Assembly (NCBI GenBank): GCA_002189035.1 | Contig: CM007991.1 | Span: 3,100,001 to 3,164,000 of the forward strand | DNA: 64,000 nucleotides | Reading direction: 5' to 3' | Source of the DNA: Utricularia gibba | Taxonomy: Eukaryota; Plantae; Magnoliophyta | In this document: one piece after another, positions 36,241 to 49,280 of the stretch | Layout of the letters: every line of letters begins with the position of its first letter | How positions within the stretch are numbered: the stretch's first letter is position 1 | Translations under genes and position numbers: made by a program | The notes under the pieces: model-generated | Seen by the model: the letters and a program-made list of their open reading frames with translations, nothing else | Databases searched by the model: none | Told to the model about the DNA's origin: nothing

Positions 36241-36933
36241 TCAGAAGAGAAGAAGGCACATTAGTGTACAGCAGCATAGAAAGAAACACACCCTGCTAAG
36301 TGATCTGTTCATCTGAGTCATCCGGTGTTGCAGGCCCGGGCTTGCAGTGAGTCGGTACGAGGTCGGATATGTGTGCAGCCCTGTGCCTGAGTTCCCAAAT
36401 ATCCTGGCGTAAACCATTTCTCCAAACACCCCGATCATGGGATCAATCACAGGTGAAGAGGCTGTGTGGTTCCCTGCTGTAATGTAAGGCTGCTGCCCTT
36501 CTGGTATGGTGAAGCTTCGATGGGGAAGATGATCGAACAGTGATGAGCGATCGGTGATCCAGACCGGAGTGGAGGGCCTCTCAGGGGTGAGGGGAGCATT
36601 TTGTTTGGAGGAATGTGTGGTCTGCCCTCGGCCGTACAGTGGGATCATGGTCTTCTCTGAAATCTCAGTCTTGCAGACAGGGCAACGGGGGCTCCGGTCA
36701 TCTGGATCATCAGCTTCCCTGATGATCCATTTGTAGATGCACGCCCAGCAATAGAGATGCCCACAAAATGTGACCACAGGTTCCTTCACAAGCTCCAAAC
36801 AGATGTTACATTCGAAGCCACCTCCGACTTGGCTCGCTTCCGGCACATCGACCTCCGAGGCCAACGATTTGCAGCCCATCTCTTCCTGAAAACGACTGCC
36901 AATTGGCTCTGCACCCGGTTCACAATGCTCCAT
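36241..36933 (-). CDS. RMA: RING membrane-anchored E3 ubiquitin ligase (RMA1H1/RMA-like)
   Basis: FECNICLELVKEPVVTFCGHLYCWACIYKW...CPVCK...IPLYGRG, with a C-terminal TM tail (SLSRVCFFLCCCTLMCLLLF). Confidence 0.93.
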   Translation of the reverse strand: MEHCEPGAEPIGSRFQEEMGCKSLASEVDVPEASQVGGGFECNICLELVKEPVVTFCGHLYCWACIYKWIIREADDPDDRSPRCPVCKTEISEKTMIPLYGRGQTTHSSKQNAPLTPERPSTPVWITDRSSLFDHLPHRSFTIPEGQQPYITAGNHTASSPVIDPMIGVFGEMVYARIFGNSGTGLHTYPTSYRLTASPGLQHRMTQMNRSLSRVCFFLCCCTLMCLLLF

Positions 36934-38110
36934 TGTCGTTGCCTTCTGCAGCCACGCAATACAAATCTGTGGGCAGGAAGAACACTTGCAGCATGTAATA
37001 ACCAAATAGACGACGCATCACAAACATCTGGATTCATTCACAATCCTATGCAATGCGCCAAACAGAGATAATCCCATACCATATATAACACAGCAGCAAT
37101 AAAAAATCAACCCAGTGTCGAACAGTAGCACCTTGAAGGAAAACATGGGGAAGAATCACAAAAAAGGAACGTCTCCTTTGATCCTTGATGAAGGGTTAAA
37201 GAAAGGTAAGCTTTCGGAACACACAACAGGAATCAGAAGAAACTTCCCCAGAGAACAGAATCAGGGGAAGGGACCGTCGATATCAAATTCCAATTTCATT
37301 CAAGACATCCAGAAGATGAGGGCACGTACCAAACATCCAGATAAATCGATTCCCACCCCTCGATCCCGATCATTCACCCCTCCATCCTCCGACAAATGAT
37401 CAATGGCCAAAAATTGGGTATACGCAGTTCCAAAACGATCTGCTGGATTACAAGCGGAGGAAAGAAAACGCTTTAACCCCCTTGTATCAGCAGTTCAGTA
37501 TTGGATTCAAAGGACGAAGCAAGGAAAAGAATTACAGATTCCTTCTCTCTTTTTTCTGGTTACAGAAATGGGTGAAGATGATGATGGGATTTGGAACTTT
37601 TGTATGCTTCTCAATTTTGGATGAGCTCAATACGTCAAGTCAATGGGCTCTGGCCCACTACAGCATCCTTGATATTTTATTTACCAGATATTTATTAAAT
37701 AAACTAATTTAAAAAGATTCTTTTTGCGTAATGTGCTTCGGCACATTCAGAATTTTGTTTTGCTCGTGATCTGGGGAACTCCAGCTGACTCTTGATCGCC
37801 AATCGTACTTCAAGGTATGGCCTTTTGATGATGGATTCGTCGAGATTAGGGTTTTTTTTTTTTTAAAAAAAATTTTGGTGGGTTTCTACGGCTCAATATT
37901 TCGAGGATATCGATCGACGATTTTAGGTTAACTTTGCTGGTTTAAGGGTTTCGGATGATTTCTTTCGTTAGAGGTGTTGATTGTGTTACATATTCGTCGG
38001 GTGATGATGGCTGGCTCTTCAGCCTAGTTTGATTGTATGGTGAGGCCCTTGTTTGAGCAGGTTTTTGCTGTTTGAATGAATCTGTGTTGTATTTGAAGCA
38101 GGTAACAAGA

Positions 38111-39631
38111 ATGTCTAGATCAAATATTTTGGGTAAATCAAGCTATAGTGCTTCAGAAGACTCTTCATTCAATGAAGATTTCATTTTCACGGTGGAGAAC
38201 ACTGTGAAGAAATACACTGATAATCTCCTGCGTTTTCTTGAGGGAATAAGCTCCCGTATGGCCCAGCTTGAACTCCATTGTCATAATCTTGATAAATCAA
38301 TTGGCGAAATGCGTTTGGAGTTAACTCGAGATCATGAGGAATCGGAGTCTAAGCTGAACTCCCTGGAAAAGCATATGCAAGAGGCATTTCTCTATTTTGT
38401 TTCTTCTTATGTGCCCTGCTGTCATTGGTTTTACGTATGATAATCCAAATGATGATGTTTATGTTGTTGCTCACTGAATATGCTACGTGGGTTTTTACGC
38501 AAGGGTTTTTTTACTAATATTCCACTAATAATTCAATGCCACTGATCAGCTGTTGTTCCGTTGTTTCAAATGCAGGTTCATAGGTCTGTAGAGATCCTAA
38601 GAGATAAGCAAGAGCTTGCTGACACTCTTGAGGAGTTAACCAAGCTTCAACTTGCTCAACAGGAAGGCTCCTCAGCTGTTAAAACTCAGAATGGTGATAG
38701 AAGCTCGGTCCCTTCCAAATCTAAGAAGCCTGAAATCTCACAAGATTCACATGATCAGAAAATGGCACTCGTGCCGTATCAAGTGGCTGCACCACAGTCA
38801 GTCCCTTCAGTTGGATCACCCGATTTTCAGCACTCTTCTACATCAGACCCTTCACCTACCCTTTCAGCACAAGGGCAGGTGTATTCCGTACCTCCACCAC
38901 CAGTTGTCCCTTCACAACAATCTCAAGTTCAATACCCGCCAAATCAACCCCAAGTTCAAGAGATGACTAGATTTTCCCACCCACAGGCACATCCTCAAGT
39001 GAATCAGAACCCACAGATGCAGTCAGGGACTCCATATCAGCCTCAGTGGCCTCAGCATCTGCAACAACAAGCTCAACAACCTCAGCATCACATCATGCAA
39101 ACACAGATAAGATCTTCTTCTCAATATATGTATCCTTCATATATGCCAGGTCAGACGAATCCGGCTCCTATTGGTAGCAGCATGCCAATGCAACAAGGTA
39201 CATCACAGCCAGGTTTTGCTGGCCCTGAAGCTACGTCTTATGGATATGGTGCTTCCAGTCGTCCAATGCAACAAGTGCCCCCACAGCAGCAAGTCAAGGT
39301 TGGGTACGGTACGCAATCTGGAGATGGATATATGACTGGGGTACAGCGTCCTGTGCTTCCAAGTGGTAACACATACTTGGGAAACGCAGCACAAGCTCAG
39401 TATATGCAAGGTCCTTATCCTTCACAAAGTTTCCCTCCACAGAACATCCCTCCTCTCCGCAGCCATCCATACAATGAGCTCATTGAGAAGCTTGTGGGCA
39501 TGGGATACAGTGGTGATCGCGTTGTTGGCCTCATTCAGAGGCTGGAAGAGAGTGGTCAGCCCGTCGACTTGAACTCTGTTCTTGTCAGGCTGAACGGAGG
39601 GGGTGCTTCACATAGAGGTTGGTCTAGCTAG
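38111..39631 (+). CDS. FLOE1: FLOE1-like (DUF1421) prion-like/phase-separating protein
   Basis: Coiled-coil nucleation region (TVKKYTDNLLRFLEGISSRMAQLELHCHNLDKSIGEMR...|VHRSVEILRDKQEL), a long Q/P/S-rich disordered region, and C-terminal DUF1421 (YNELIEKLVGMGYSGDRVVGLIQRLEESGQPVDLNSVL). Confidence 0.88.
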
Positions 39632-39902
39632 AGGAATATTCATGCATTTCGTCTTTGAGAAACACAGTTTGAATTTCAAGCTCATTTTCATCACAGTAAA
39701 ACTCATCTCAAGGTTCAAATTCAACTGTTTTATGAACTCTTGAATATGGAATCCTAGCTACGAAGATACAATATGTATTCTTACTTTAGTTTTGCTTTGA
39801 ATCGAGTTTGTGTTCGGAGCTTTCAGGGCTCTAGGCAGGCTGCTGATTGTTCGTAACTCAAAACGCAAGTCTTGGAAGTTAAGAGTCACCGAAGTTTGAA
39901 GG

Positions 39903-40261
39903 ATGGACGTCAGCGATGACTCACCGTCGTTCAACAAGCCCCGAGTCTGCTAAAACGTCTCTCCTTCTATGTTTTTCGTCACGCTCCTCCACCTATGCGA
40001 ACGTTTGCTTCTCCGCCGGCGTCAGGAATCCCGCCGCAGTATAAGAGTCAACTCGATTCTACAGCAGATGCTGCCGCCGCGGCAGGAATCCGGCCTCGAC
40101 AAAACAGCGATCGCTGCAGGAATTCGGCTGAATGTGCGATCTGTTGAAGTGCGCTTGAGGGCGGAGAGACGGCGAAGAATTTGCCCAACTATAATTACAC
40201 CTTTTTCGCGGACTGCTTTGATGTGTGGCTCCAATGTAATTGCCCTGTTTGCCGGACCTAG
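39903..40261 (+). pseudogene. ATL-family RING-H2 E3 ligase pseudogene
   Basis: TM segment (FFVTLLHL) with basic patch (RRRQESRR) and GLD motif (SGLDKTAIAA). The RING region reads ECAIC*SALEGGETAKNLPNYNYTFFADCFDVWLQCNCPVCRT*, with a stop at 40145, zinc ligands lost and a frame break between GLD and RING. Confidence 0.88.
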
Positions 40262-40543
40262 GCCGCACTTCGACCTCCATGTACCGGAGATCCTCATCCG
40301 GTGAAGAATGGCTCCTTAAGGAAAGAGTCGCCGCACCGGAGCCGTGATCCAAAGGGAATTAAATTGTTTGCCGGCTGACTCGTCAACTCAATGGCACCAA
40401 ATTACAGTCACGGGAAGTATGTTATGGAAAAAAATGAATTATTCAAATGAAGAAAGGCTTTGTCAGTTTGTCTCCTGTATGACAAAAACCCTTGCTCTGT
40501 GCTTACGCGTTTCAAAAACACATTGATTGTCTACATCTCTTCC

Positions 40544-41843
40544 ATGGGCGCGTACCGAGCTGACGACGATTACGATTATCTCTTCAAGGTTGTGTTGATA
40601 GGCGATTCCGGCGTCGGGAAATCCAATCTTCTCTCCAGGTTCACTCGGAATGAGTTCAGCTTGGAGTCCAAGTCTACAATCGGAGTTGAGTTTGCTACTC
40701 GAAGCATTCGTGTCGATGAGAAGGTGGTGAAGGCGCAGATATGGGATACTGCTGGTCAAGAGAGGTACGCGCCTCTTTCCACATCGCGTTCGATTCTTAG
40801 TTACGCGTAACGTCTGCTTTGGTTTTCTGCTGAATTTTGACGGTGAATCAAGATTTTCAATTCCGGTTCGGGTGATTTCGGGATTATTGTCTGTAATGCT
40901 GTTTCCTGTTTTGGTTTTTTTCTAGTTTAGGTCGTAGATCTGTGAATGTGGTATCCCGATCCGAGGTACGTGGAATGATTGGCTGGAATCATCTGATCTG
41001 CGTACCTTGATTTCTAGGGTTGTTTCTGTTTGTTGATCTATCAGCTTCCAGATCTTGTTACAATTCTCCTGAAATTTCCATAAACCTAGCGTAGGATATC
41101 TATGCAACCAATGGAATGCAGCGTGTCAATGTGCTCATTCAGTATTCTGCTTGTTTTCCCTTCATCTGTGTAGTGATAAAAGCTTGTATTGAATTAAATT
41201 TCGTCCATCATCTGGAGTGTGATATGGCTCTCCACAGCTTTCATGCATTTTCTTTTTTGTGTGCGTCCGTGTGTGTATGTGTGTTTTCTTTTTCACTCTT
41301 CAGTCTCGGTGAAATGAAGCTTACTTTGGAACAGGGGATGTTTCTCTTTCTTTGTGTCTCCTACTTGCTTCCTGCGGATACATGTATCTCATTATTGATT
41401 CTTTCTGAAGGTACCGTGCGATAACAAGCGCTTACTACCGAGGCGCTGTTGGTGCGTTGATGGTCTATGATGTTACTCGCCATGTTACATTCGAAAATGT
41501 GGAGAGATGGCTCAAGGAGCTCAGGGACCATACTGACTCAAACATAGTTATCATGCTCGTCGGAAACAAAGCCGACTTGCGACACTTGCGTGCAGTCTCA
41601 ACTGAAGACGCCACTGCTTTTGCCGAAAGAGAGAAGACATTTTTCATGGAAACTTCAGCTCTGGAATCAACGAACGTCGAGAATGCCTTCACGGAAGTGC
41701 TTACACAGATTCATCAGATCGTCAGCAAGAAAGCACTTGAAACCAGCGACGATCCCACATCTTTGCCAAAAGGACAGACCATCAACGTGGGTTCCAAGGA
41801 TGATGTCTCGGCTGTTAAGAAACCCGGCTGCTGCTCTTCTTAG
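40544..41843 (+). CDS. RABA1: Rab11-family small GTPase, RABA1 subclass
   Basis: [42 protein letters not shown]|[23 protein letters not shown] and a CCSS prenylation end. One intron (40765-41410). Confidence 0.97.
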
Positions 41844-43625
41844 ACACACCATTTTTCCTCCACTCTCGGATATCAGGTTTTCCTTCCATCCTCAATTCTC
41901 TTCGTTTTTTGTTCTGGGCTCCATAGTTTTTCGTTGCAATGTTGTGTCATCAGGAACCTGTGATTTGTTTGTGATCTATTAGCTGCTGCTCAGCCTATGT
42001 GTTCACTTTGTAGCCTGGTTTCAAATGAAACTAACTGCTACGTGCCTGAAAAAGCAAATGACTAGCATGGGTGTCAAAAAGGGTTAGGTGACACGAGCTG
42101 GCCTGGCTAGATCTTCATTGTCGATGCTAATATCCTTAGAATTAGACAATTTGGAACAAGTACATCATTTTCTTCCATTACCTAATTCCACTTTGACTTT
42201 GACCTCCCTCCATCGCAATTAGCGGCTACTTGGGACCATGCTCGCCACAAAGAGCCGGATTGCCGAGCCGGCTCGGTTACTGTAAAAGGTAATTGTCCGG
42301 TCCGGTTTGATTCGGTCTATGGGTTCATCGGTTCATTGACCACCATGCAGGTGCCCATTGGAGGGAGACGCACCACGTTCCGAAATGGAGTCCACGAACC
42401 GGGGGAACAGAGAAGCGTCATTTTTTTATATTTGATAGTAAATGCAAACGGTCACACCTGACTCGAAAGGCGCTTTAGGCGTTTGACTGCCCCCCATCCG
42501 TTTACTTTTTTACTTTCGGTATTTTTAACTAATGGCGTCCTGATATTGCGGTTGGTTCTTCCTGCTCCATTTACTGTGGCCAAACTACCGCGGGGTCCGT
42601 TTGTAAATTAGGGGAAGTCCGGGGGCTGGATTTTGAAATCGAAAAGATTAAAACATCACAGCTGGAGACGTGAAGCACACGCGCCTGCGTGGCTGTCGTC
42701 GCCCTCCCGCACCAGTATAAATTCACTACAGTAGTTAAAAAGATTTTATCACTGCTTCCGGTACGTGTTCACGAATTTCACGACGCTAAAATTACGGCCC
42801 TGGTGAGTCTCAATGCCTTGGTTTCTTTGTCTTCATTTTTTGATTTGTTGTGGCTTTCCGAGTTCGGTGAATTGGAGACTGAGTTGGAGTTTGTGTTGTT
42901 GAGATCTGCATCGGTAACTTCTCCAATGCGGTGTGCGTTCCTGATGTCGTTTCTTGGAGTTTTGTATGTCAGTTCGCGGTGATTTTGCTTTGAAGTGGGC
43001 GTTTTCTGAGTGGTTTGGAGGAGGAGGGCCGATGGTGATTGGTTAGTGAGCCCAATTTGGAAGACGTTCTTCGTGTGTAGATCTTTGTTTTCAAATGCTG
43101 TTAAGGGAGTAGATCGTGCTCTTTCTGGGAATTTAGGTCAATGCAATGTCTGATTGAATGCGTCTAAGAATGTGCATTGAATGTTTATTGACGTTTGTTG
43201 ACTTCTTGTGTCTAACTTTGTCGCCTGAGAATGAAGTGATCTTTGATGGCCTGTAATTCGATCTATTTATCTTTCTGTTAGGTGAATATTGAAATTGCAA
43301 TCTAGTCGTTAACGCCCTTTGGTTGCTCGTAGGGTGTCTGATGCGTATAATTTAAACCTGCTTGTGATGAAGTTAACATTGGACTTCGAATGCTCTGTAT
43401 TGTGTTTTGTGGTTGGTGATAGGGGAAGTCTTCCATGCTTCCCCGATTGTTCGTTTTATCTTCAGATTTATTCGTTTACAGGATGGAGTTAATAGTAGTC
43501 TTGTCTGTGTTGGCTCAATTTTCTCTCCAAAATTTTTTTCAGGTTCAATCACGTGTCCACCAGTGGTTTTAAAAAGCAACAACTGCTTCCCTTTACCTGG
43601 TGGAAGAAATCCAGTGACAATCTTC

Positions 43626-46600
43626 ATGTGTAAGAAATATGGGCACTGCATAAATTCACAGATTAAAGAGTTGGACATAGATCCTTGACATCGGAGGAGA
43701 ATTCACAGTATAAAGAATTGGCTAGCCAAGAGAATTATGATATGTTATCACCTAAAAGAGCTTCATGGATCCTGTGGAGCACAGGGATGCTGTCCGAACC
43801 AATCCCAAATGGTTTCTACTCCGTTGTGCCGGTGAGCTCTCAATTCATGTTCCTTGATATTTTTTAATAACGTCATTTCATGGCCTCTTTTGGAGTGAGT
43901 CAAACGGCAGACACAGTTTTCTAGATAAGGGCATGCTATCTAGGTCGTTTATGACAGATCTTGATTCAAGCATGTTATCAATCCTCTACTCTACTTTAGT
44001 GGGCTTTGTATAGCATGTTCTTAACAGCGTTTCACTGACAGGACAAAAAGTTGAAGGAACTTTATGAAGATATTCCTACTCTTGAGGACCTTCAAGCTCT
44101 GGAGTTTGAGGGTTTTGCAGTGGATGCCATTGTAGTGGATGCTGAGAAAGATAAGAAGCTCTCCATGATGAGGCAGTTAATTATAGCACTTGTTAAGGGT
44201 TTGAACGTAAACACTGCCGCTGTGATAAAAAAGATTGCTGGATTGGTGAGTACGAATTCGTCTTCCTCTACCTTTTTGGTTCACACCACATATAAATGCT
44301 TGGTTTCATCTTTTCTTAGTCGTTCTGAAGCTTGGTTCGCTTCCCATGCTTTCCACTTTTTTCATCTTGTGCATTATATGCCAGTGCTTTTGCAGTGAGT
44401 GCTGTTATGATCATTTTGAGCTGATTGATCTACTATTTTGTGATGCACAACTGTTCCATGTAAATAGAGAAAAACACAGGATGCATGGTTCATTGGAAGG
44501 GACTAGAACTTTATGTGGTTTCTCTACATGTGTTTGGTTCAAACATGCATTTATTTTCCGTGATGTATTTTATTCATTTTCATATCTGAATTTCTCTGCT
44601 TATCTACAGGTTTCTGATTTTTTCAAGAGACCAAAGGTGGAACCGAGTTCAAAGACACTTTCCCAGGAAGAAGCTTCACGTGCATCTGGTATTCAGATGT
44701 TGGGACAGATAAGGCATGGTTCATGCAGACCAAGAGCAATTTTGTTTAAGGTTCTTGCTGATACTGTTGGACTCGAAAGTAGGCTAGTGGTGGTGAGATT
44801 ATGCATTAATGTACTTCTTCTTTTGTTTCTGTTTGTTGCTAACTTGAAGAAACTTCAGATGCTTCTCATTCTTTTTTGTTTTTCTCTTTTATATATATTT
44901 TTTAGTTTGGTTTTTTTATAATCCTGTAACCCATTGGGTGTGTCTGAGCAGGGTTTACCAACTGAAGGAGCGTATGAGTGTCCTGATTCTGACAAGCATA
45001 TGTCTGTTATGGTTGTGCTAAACTCTGTTGAGCTGTTGGTTGATCTGATGCGTTTTCCTGGTCAACTAATACCTCGTTCAACCAAGAGTATTTACATGAC
45101 CCATATATCTGCCCCTGGAGAAAGTGATTCAGCAGAAAATGATTCTTGTGATTCACCAATGGAACCAAACAGCCCCCTCTATGGAGTGTCTGATCGTGTT
45201 GATCCTGAATGGTTAGTGGTGGCTAAATTTATGAATTTGTATAGCTGCAGGAGCATCTCTATAAGCATAAATCAAGTACCTTCGCTTTCTATTGGTCAGT
45301 CCTTCATAGAAAGGATAATTTTTTTTCATCGATTTTTTATATATTCATCTTTAAAATTTCTAATATACTCTCCCAGTGCTGTGAAAGAGGATGGAGTACT
45401 GCATAACCGCAGATTAGAAGTATCTTCTGGGCCATCATTGAGGAATATGATGCTGAGATCAAATTCAGTTGATAGGAAACTGAGGTAACATTCTGATCTG
45501 CCTCCTGCCACTTGAGCCTCCCTACATCTATGCCTTTTTCCGTTATTTATTATGACTTCAATGGTAATTTATTGCACAGTGAAGCTGATATGGCCTCTGC
45601 ATTTTGGCGGAAAGGCAAGAGAGAAATTATTGGTGAATCAAGGACTGCTAGCTCAAGGTTTTTGGGTTCTTTCATTCCTTTTTTTTTTATGAGTTTTCCA
45701 CTCCGAATTTGGTTGATTTATAAACATAATTTTGAGCACAATTGCATACATTGATCTGATTTGGTGGTGGTAATAGTGCTTTGTAGCACTGTTTCATCCT
45801 ACTCAAGATCATTTTTCCAGCCCAGACCCTTTGGTTGTGATATCTTTGTCCTCTTCTTATTCATTCAAGGCATAATCAGCCTATGTGTTTCTTATTGGCG
45901 GTGATAATCTGGCTGTAAATATTTTAAGCCCATAACATCTTCTTCCAGTCCAGAGCACCCTTCATTTCGAACAAGGGGTCGATCCTTGCTGAGTGGAGAT
46001 AACAAGTCCTTCAGAGGCTATTCCAATGAGATTGCGATCTCAAGGTCTGCTAAAGTTTTTAGGTTGCCCAGTTGATAATTCCTAGCTAGTCTACTTGTTG
46101 ATTCATGTCCTGAGAATCATGTCACCCACTGTATTTTGCAACAACTACAATAATTGTATGTCTTAAAAAAGTTCTGAAATGTGCAGTGTAGGTTATTCTG
46201 AAGTTAGTATTCTTGCATTTATTTTGATTTTGAGTGCGTGTGCAGGTCTGAAGGTGCAACCGTAGTCGATGCAAATAGAAGACGAAGGAGCATCAGCATG
46301 ACTCCAGAAATTGGTGATGACATCGCAAGGTTAAGATCAATTGATCTCGTTGGGTTATTTGTTCTTATGATTTGACAATACCAAGCATACATCTCTGCAT
46401 AATCAATTGATATTCACAAGTCAGTTGCAAACAACGAATGTAAATTTCTTTGATGTTTCCATGAATTTATGACTTTTAATGTTCCACATAACTGATGATG
46501 TAATTGAAAATTTTGTAGAGCTGTACGTGCCATGAATGAAAGTCTGAAGCAAAATCGCCTTTCAAGGCAAGCGGAAAGCACCTTGCAGTCCTTCGAGACA

Positions 46601-48868
46601 AGTGACCAAAACATTGCTGGCCAATCAAAAGAAGTATGTATTCAATAGCCTGAGAGGGGATAACGCCAGTGTTGTTGTATCTTGTACCATTGATTTTCCA
46701 TGTCAGCATTGCTTAATGCTCTGTGGGCTTTAAGGAGAATGATTTTCCAAAATCCTATTTTATGGGCTTTAGGATATATTCTGCGATGGTGAATTTTGCC
46801 TTTTAGGTTGAACTCTCAAAGTTTCCCCAACTTTTATCAATGTCAAAAACATGTGTAATATGATCTTGGGAAATCGAGTGACACTTTTTATAGCATTTTG
46901 TTTCATTTTTTTTTTTTTCTGTATACAGAGCTTCATGTTAATCTTATTCTGCCCTTGGATTATCAATGTCTTTTTGAACAACTAGGTTGCTGATGTTCAA
47001 ATTAAAGACCAAAAACTGTCCGCTGGTATGGGAGAACTCTCTGCTCCCGTGATGCAGCATGATCCTCAGAAGGCAATATCATTTCCTTCCTGTTCCAATG
47101 AACTGGGGACAGAGACTCCAGAGACAAGTGCTTGCAGAGTGAATGACGATATGGTTTCAACATGGAACAGGGTTTTGGATTCTCCTATGTTTCGGAAAAA
47201 GCCTCTGTTACCCTTTGATGAGTGGAATATTGATTTCTCTGAGTTGAGTGTTGGGACTCGTGTTGGGATTGGTGAGTACCCTTATAAAGTTCCGATGCAC
47301 TCATTTGTGTAACCTGTCCGTAATCGGTACAATATTTTTTTAGGATTTTTCGGGGAAGTGTTCCGTGGCATTTGGAATGGAACTGAAGTTGCTATCAAGG
47401 TTTTTCTAGAACAAGACCTTACAGCTGAAAATATGGAAGACTTCTGCAATGAAATTTCTATCCTGAGGTCTGGTTATTTTTGTTTCTTGGTACTTTTGAA
47501 TAAATTCTCTGCATTGTTCTGTTCTAAGTTCTATTTTCTTTTTTTTTTGTCCAGTCGACTTCGCCACCCGAATGGTACTTTCTGCTCCCTTTCTGTAGCT
47601 TGTATTGATAAACTGACTTGATTCTTAATTTATGCATCCTCGAGTGTAGTAGTTGTAACTTGATTTTTGTTTGACTCATTAGTTTGTAACTGAAAATGCT
47701 GTCTTGATTTTGTTTCTAGTCAGCCAACTGTGTATTTGAAGAATCTCTAAAAACATCCAAATAAAAATATATGCTTGCATTGCTCAATGATACCATCTGT
47801 CACTGAATTTAACATGATGGACTGAAATTGATTCAGAGAGACCAAGTAAAAGGGAATCATTAGTTCTGCATGTGTTGTGTTTTATTGAGGTATACATGTA
47901 CTTGATATTCATCTGGTTTTTTCCTGCAGTTATATTATTTCTTGGGGCTTGCACAAAACCTCCTCGGCTTTCCTTGATCACCGAGTACATGGAAATGGGA
48001 TCACTCTACTACTTGATTCACCTAAGTGGTCAGAAGAAGAAACTTAGCTGGCGTCGAAGAATCAGGATGCTACGTGACATATGCAGGTTCCCAGCTACAT
48101 TGTTTTGTTTTTTGTTTTTTTCCCTCCAGTGGCGCATTCTACGGCTGATTCACATCAGTTCCTAGCCTTAGGATTTTAATTCGTGCCACAGATCTAACAC
48201 ATTGAACTATCTTTGGTATCACTTGTGTTGTTGGGCTACTAAAGAGGGCTGATGTGCGTTCACCGTATGAAGATAATCCACCGTGATCTGAAAAGTGCAA
48301 ATTGCCTTGTGAACAAACACTGGACGGTTAAGATCTGCGACTTTGGTCTCTCAAGAATCATGTCTGATGTTCCCATGAAGGACTCGTCATCCGCTGGTAC
48401 GCCAGAGTGGATGGCTCCTGAGCTCATTAGATGTGAGCCCTTCACGGAGAAGTGCGATATTTTCAGCCTTGGTGTCATAATGTGGGAGCTCTGCACTTTA
48501 AGCAGGCCATGGGAAGGTGTTCCTCCGGAAAGGGTACGTTTCTATCGTCCCCTGTAGCTCATCAATCTGTTCCCTTAATGCTTCATCCCTGTTTTCGATT
48601 CTATACAGGTCGTTTATGCCGTTGCGAACGAGGGATCACGGCTAGACATACCAGAACACTGTGAGGGGACCCTGGGTCGATTAATAGCAGGTACGGACTG
48701 CTTATATAATCCGTAAACAATCTTCTACTCTGGGGTTTCTCACTAACTAACCATGGTGTGGTTGGAAATTCCTCTCATTTGGCAGACTGCTGGTCAGAAC
48801 CTCACGAACGCCCAAGCTGCGAGGAAATCCTGAGTCGCTTGCTGGATTGTGAATTAGCACTTGGCTGA
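43626..48868 (+). CDS. Raf-like MAPKKK with N-terminal EDR1-type domain; start uncertain (43626 or 43742)
   Basis: ILWSTGMLSEPIPNGFYSV, GSCRPRAILFKVLAD, GESDSAENDSCDS, WNIDFSELSVGTRVGIG|FFGEVFRG, HRDLKSANCL, DFGLSR and GTPEWMAPE. Many exons; stop at 48866-48868. Confidence 0.92.
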
Positions 48869-49280
48869 CATTCGCTCCCTCGTATAGGAAAAAAGAACAA
48901 GTACTCGTCCTTGTGTTTGGCCTCTGGTTTCATGAACTGGGAAAATTTTACATTTGCTCCTCCCGCACATTTCCCAAGTACATTGGAATTGATTCACATG
49001 ATGAGAAACCTACAGCTTTATGACACGCACGTCCATTGGTAAAAAGGGGAGAGTAGTAGACACTTGGAATGCATTCTGCGTTTTGCCCATTGAGTCGAAA
49101 CACTAGGAGGATATATTAGAGGATCAGTAATTGATCAACTATCTGAAGCAAGATTACAGTTTAATCCTCATTGGGGTGCCTTGTTTGCTTCAAATACTTT
49201 GAAAAAAGTAGATGCTTAGAAGCATTTCCCTTGGTTGTGCAGATGCTTCAATGATGTCTCGCCAAGATCATCAGATGCCG

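Noticed and set aside
38449-38545. Possible intronic C/D snoRNA in the FLOE1-like intron (ATGATGA ... CTGA ... CTGA)
   Set aside because: There is no convincing terminal stem, and I could not match either guide to rRNA or snRNA from memory. An Rfam/snoscan run would settle it.
42250-42330. CCGG/AACCG-rich degenerate repeat upstream of the kinase, MITE-like in composition
   Set aside because: No terminal inverted repeats or target-site duplication could be delimited.
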